Source: Podospora anserina
Lineage: Eukaryota
Reading direction: 5' to 3'
DNA length: 64,000 bases
NCBI GenBank assembly: GCA_017654855.1
Contig: CM030333.1
Location: 930,001-994,000 of the forward strand
Shown here: piece by piece, positions 60,380-64,000 of the stretch
Numbering within the stretch: the stretch's first letter is position 1
Layout of the letters: every line of letters begins with the position of its first letter
Made by a program: the position numbers and the translations under genes
The notes under the pieces: generated by a model
Seen by the model: only the letters and a program-made list of their open reading frames with translations
The model's database searches: none
Told to the model about the DNA's origin: nothing

Positions 60380-63016
60380 ATGGCCACCGTGGGAAGAGAG
60401 TCGAGCTTCATGCCGACTGTGAAATGCTCGTCATGTGGCTTACAAGTGGAAATCTCCCTGATGGGAGAACATGAATGTTCGGGGCCGCCGGCGGTGGAAG
60501 GTAGGCGGTTGATTCCGTTTGTTCACCCCGACAACTTGCTGACCATGCATTCAGAAACACCGCCGATGCCCGCCCCATCACTTTTTGAAAGATTTAACCC
60601 GTGGGGTGCTCCTGCTGCGCCAAAGGACCAGTCTCGGGCACCCCCTCAAGTGGACACCTCTGCTGCCAGTACGCTTGATGCATCTCGAACCATGGCAAAT
60701 GCTGACGATGGTTCAGATCGTGCCTACGCAGGACAAGGCCAGTTGACGCCAGTGAGTTCACTGTCGAGTGGATCACAACCGAGCGAGCAGAACATCTCGC
60801 CCAAAACACCAAATGCTAGACCTGCCACTGACAAGCCGGACGAATTCTTTGCTCCTCAAATTGCCAATGATTCGCCTCCCCCTCAACCAACAAGGAGATC
60901 AGGGGGTTATGGGGGGTTGGGTAACGGGACTGATTTCGACGACCAGCTGCCGCCATCAAACCCAGCAAGGAAACAATCACCACCGAATCTAATGGAACGC
61001 CTGAATTCCATCGCTCCCGGGCCGTTTGATGCCAACAGAAGGCCTTCGAGCAGTGCTCGTAGCGATATAAACGATCGTCCCGGTACTTCAGCTTCCAACC
61101 TTGGTAGCTTGGGTGGAGGACAGGCACAACCCAGCCTGAGAAAGAACGGCTATGGGGGTTTTGGCGTTCCTGCGAGGAGTCCGAGTCGGCAGGAAGACAA
61201 TCCTCCGCCATTGACACCCAGTCGCGCCGATACATTTCCTCGTCCGAATGAAGGCTTTCCGCCACCCCAGCGAACACCTTCTGCGCCACCCGCGGCCTTG
61301 AGAATTCAGCCGCCAGACAGATTACGTGCCCCATCAGAGTCTTTTTCAGACAGAGATGGCGGGACATCGCCAGACAGCCGAGGGTCCATGATGAGCGACA
61401 GACCTCGCCGTCCCAGCCGTGGGCCAGACACTTCGAGACCTCCACCTCCTCGCAGTGCTACACTCCGACCCACTACCCCTGGTCTCCCAACTATCAACCT
61501 TGCTGAGGAGTTCGGCGTTGGGAATCCTTACCATACGCCTTCGGAATCGACAGGATCAAGCGTGTCTGTTCACAGCATGTCGGTACAGAGCGTGTCAGCC
61601 CAGAGCAGTTTTGAGCGTCGCCCTAGCCAAGCGAGCTCCCGAACTAGCCCACCCAGGTCCATAGCATCGAGATCTGGACGGAGGAAGCCTTCTGACACAT
61701 CTAGTTTTGATAACTTGATGTCGGATCTTCAGTCTACAATGGACGATAATCAGCAGAAACCGCCAGGTCCTGCCTCTCTCAAAATGCCATACAAGGGAGG
61801 TAGAGATCGGCCATCGCCACTAAGCGCTCGTCCGCCACCGCCAGAGGGAGGATATGATCCACGCATCGACCCGCGTGGTCAGCGACGAGCAGCAGGAGGA
61901 TCCCCTCTTCCCTCTCCGTTGGAGATCTCGCCGCTTGGCGAAAGCCCTGCCATTATGACACCTAGCATCTTGACACCTGGATCTGGAGCTCAGCCATCTC
62001 CAGGCTGGCCGACCCCGAAACCGGAACCAGCTCGACCTCGTGAACAGGAGCCGCCTGTACCGCAACAATCAGCGTTGAGAGAGCTGCAGGGAGCGTCTCC
62101 CATGGACAGGTCACAAGGTCCGCAACGAGCACCGCCGATGGAAGCACCAAGAGAGCTTCAAAGGGCACCCACGATGGAAGCGTCAAAGGAGACCCAGAGG
62201 CCACCCGTGGAGCCTTTTCGACCTCAGCTCCAAAGAGCACCAACAATGGAGGTCCCGAGACAACTCCAGAGAGCCGCCACGATGGACGAGCCAAGGGACA
62301 TGCAAAGACAAGATCCCAGCAGAACTCCGCAACGACCTCGAGACCCCCGTGACGAGCTTCGCGACGGCAGACCTCTCCACGAACGATCCCGCTCGCAACC
62401 TCGCAACTTGCCTCCTCCCTCGGCCCAGCCTTCCCGCGGCGACTGCAAGGCATGCGGGCTGCCAATCAAGGGGAAATCGATTTCCAGCGCCGACGGCCGT
62501 CTCACCGGGCGCTATCACAAGCCGTGCTTCGTCTGCTCGACCTGCCAGGAACCATTCACGTCAGCGACGTTTTACGTCTTGAACGACAGACCCTACTGCG
62601 AGCAACACTACCACAAGCTCAACGGCAGCTTGTGCGGGAGTTGCGGCCGAGGCATCGAGGGGGAGTATCTCGAGGATGAGACTTCTCGCAAACACCACGT
62701 CGGATGCTTCAAGTGCGGCGACTGCGGCATGGCGCTTCGTGATGGGTACTTTGAGGTCAACGGCAGGGCGTTTTGCGAAAAGGACGCCTGGAGGCGGGTG
62801 CAGCAGCCTCCTCCTCCGCCTATGATGATGGGCGGCGGCAGGGGAATGGGTGGTCCTCCCGGACGAGGAAGAGGGGGCATGAGGCCGCCGGGACCGATGG
62901 GGCTGCCGGGGGCGAATCCGAGGTTTGGGCCGAACGGTCCGTATGGGAATAGTCGACTTGGACCGGGACCGAGACCGAAGATGGAGAAGAGGATGACGAG
63001 GTTGGGGATGCTGTAG
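60380..63016 (+). CDS. Paxillin-like LIM-domain protein (N-terminal CxxC..HxC finger, long Pro/Ser-rich region, two LIM domains)
   Basis: KCSSCGLQVEISLMGEHEC; probable introns 60501-60554 and 60669-60716; LIM1 CKAC..HKPCFVCSTC..YCEQHYH; LIM2 CGSC..HVGCFKCGDC..FCEKD; C-terminus MEKRMTRLGML. Confidence 0.9.
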   Translation: MATVGRESSFMPTVKCSSCGLQVEISLMGEHECSGPPAVEGRRLIPFVHPDNLLTMHSETPPMPAPSLFERFNPWGAPAAPKDQSRAPPQVDTSAASTLDASRTMANADDGSDRAYAGQGQLTPVSSLSSGSQPSEQNISPKTPNARPATDKPDEFFAPQIANDSPPPQPTRRSGGYGGLGNGTDFDDQLPPSNPARKQSPPNLMERLNSIAPGPFDANRRPSSSARSDINDRPGTSASNLGSLGGGQAQPSLRKNGYGGFGVPARSPSRQEDNPPPLTPSRADTFPRPNEGFPPPQRTPSAPPAALRIQPPDRLRAPSESFSDRDGGTSPDSRGSMMSDRPRRPSRGPDTSRPPPPRSATLRPTTPGLPTINLAEEFGVGNPYHTPSESTGSSVSVHSMSVQSVSAQSSFERRPSQASSRTSPPRSIASRSGRRKPSDTSSFDNLMSDLQSTMDDNQQKPPGPASLKMPYKGGRDRPSPLSARPPPPEGGYDPRIDPRGQRRAAGGSPLPSPLEISPLGESPAIMTPSILTPGSGAQPSPGWPTPKPEPARPREQEPPVPQQSALRELQGASPMDRSQGPQRAPPMEAPRELQRAPTMEASKETQRPPVEPFRPQLQRAPTMEVPRQLQRAATMDEPRDMQRQDPSRTPQRPRDPRDELRDGRPLHERSRSQPRNLPPPSAQPSRGDCKACGLPIKGKSISSADGRLTGRYHKPCFVCSTCQEPFTSATFYVLNDRPYCEQHYHKLNGSLCGSCGRGIEGEYLEDETSRKHHVGCFKCGDCGMALRDGYFEVNGRAFCEKDAWRRVQQPPPPPMMMGGGRGMGGPPGRGRGGMRPPGPMGLPGANPRFGPNGPYGNSRLGPGPRPKMEKRMTRLGML

Positions 63017-63251
63017 GGGTTACAGTTGAACGGTTATCTATCTGATCACGCCGAACCGAACCTCCCTTCCCCGGTTAATATTAATTCGACATTTTCGACA
63101 ATTCTTGACGCTGAGCTAATAACATGAGATAACGGCTTGACGTCTGACACTTTTTTTTTCTTTGTTTACGGAAACTCATAGACTGAGGAACTTTTTTTTC
63201 TTGTTGGATTCGGCTTTTTATACCCCCCCCCTTATTGTGGATTTGGCTTCG

Positions 63252-63269
63252 TATATATATATATATATA
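63252..63269. repeat. (TA)9 microsatellite downstream of the LIM gene
   Basis: Directly visible. Confidence 0.85.
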
Positions 63270-64000
63270 CCCACCGGGATATTCTGGACAGGTTGTTGTT
63301 GTCCTTTTTTATCCTTTTTTTATTTTTTATGATACGATAATTTCAGGCTGGCCAACAGCATATTTGGATGGAATATTTTTGGACTGGTGGATGGATGGAT
63401 GGGTGGATTAGGGTCTGGGATAGGGAGGGGAGGGAACAGAGGGGGAGTTGTGGAAAATGCATTTGGTGGTGGAAGGATGGGATTTCTGGGGATGGGGAGG
63501 GGACATGATTGTGTTGCACGGGTTGGGGGGTTCCTGATGTAAGGGCCCGGTGATTGCTTGAATTTGACGTGGTGATACGCGACGGGTGTGATGGATGGAT
63601 GGACGGGCGGTTACATGAGATATTGAAGGGGGTTTGATGTTGGGATATGCTGTGCGTCGTCATGTCATGGTGATGTGTACAGGCAGGCAGGCAGGCGGGG
63701 AGATAGCTGAGATTTTGGAAAAGAGACAATTTTTAGTTGCTAATATATGGAAGACATATTGACCGTTCCTGTTCGCTTTTTGGGGTGATATCGAGGAGGT
63801 TTGATGACGGCATGGGGGTGTGAAAAGGTCTGTCTATCTATGCAAAACTCATCTGGCATGTTGCGTATCAGATTCCCGTGGACGGGTAGATGGACTTTCA
63901 GACAGATGCACTCCGATTGGGGTTATGATGTGGTGGTCGGTACCTACCCGGCAAAGATGGCCGATGAGAAATGATACAACGATACTGTGGGTGTGTTTTC

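Noticed and set aside
6250..63016. Functional clustering (cell wall GH16/GH72/CFEM, lipid PSD2/INO1, redox GSH1/fRMsr, actin BZZ1/LIM)
   Set aside because: The genes are dispersed among unrelated housekeeping genes, with no shared motif or cluster regulator seen.

Overview
Gene-dense eukaryotic DNA from a filamentous ascomycete. Short GT-AG introns with CTRAC/CTAAC branch sites, the codon usage and the gene content suggest Sordariales, probably Podospora-like (inference). I built 17 intact protein-coding models by hand; coordinates run start codon to stop codon and include introns. They are a small single-pass membrane protein, a GPI-anchored GH16 glucanase, glutamate-cysteine ligase, a CFEM-like receptor-type protein, DBP5, BZZ1, a GH72 glucanosyltransferase, a GAF-type free Met-R-sulfoxide reductase, PSD2, coatomer epsilon, a DUF6536-type membrane protein, a Kelch protein, complex I 24-kDa subunit, an AA9 LPMO, a 63-aa membrane microprotein, INO1 and a paxillin-like LIM protein. 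There is also one multiply disrupted HAD-phosphatase pseudogene. I found no tRNA, rRNA, CRISPR array, intact transposon or biosynthetic cluster. The leads most worth following are: (1) the microprotein locus, with two candidate alternative non-coding first exons and hairpin-dense 5'UTR intron sequence carrying a repeated 12-nt stem-loop; (2) a long interrupted hairpin in a predicted 5'UTR intron of DBP5; (3) the pseudogene; (4) a recurring C-rich to G-rich gradient along coding strands. All family assignments come from motif recognition by eye, not from database searches.
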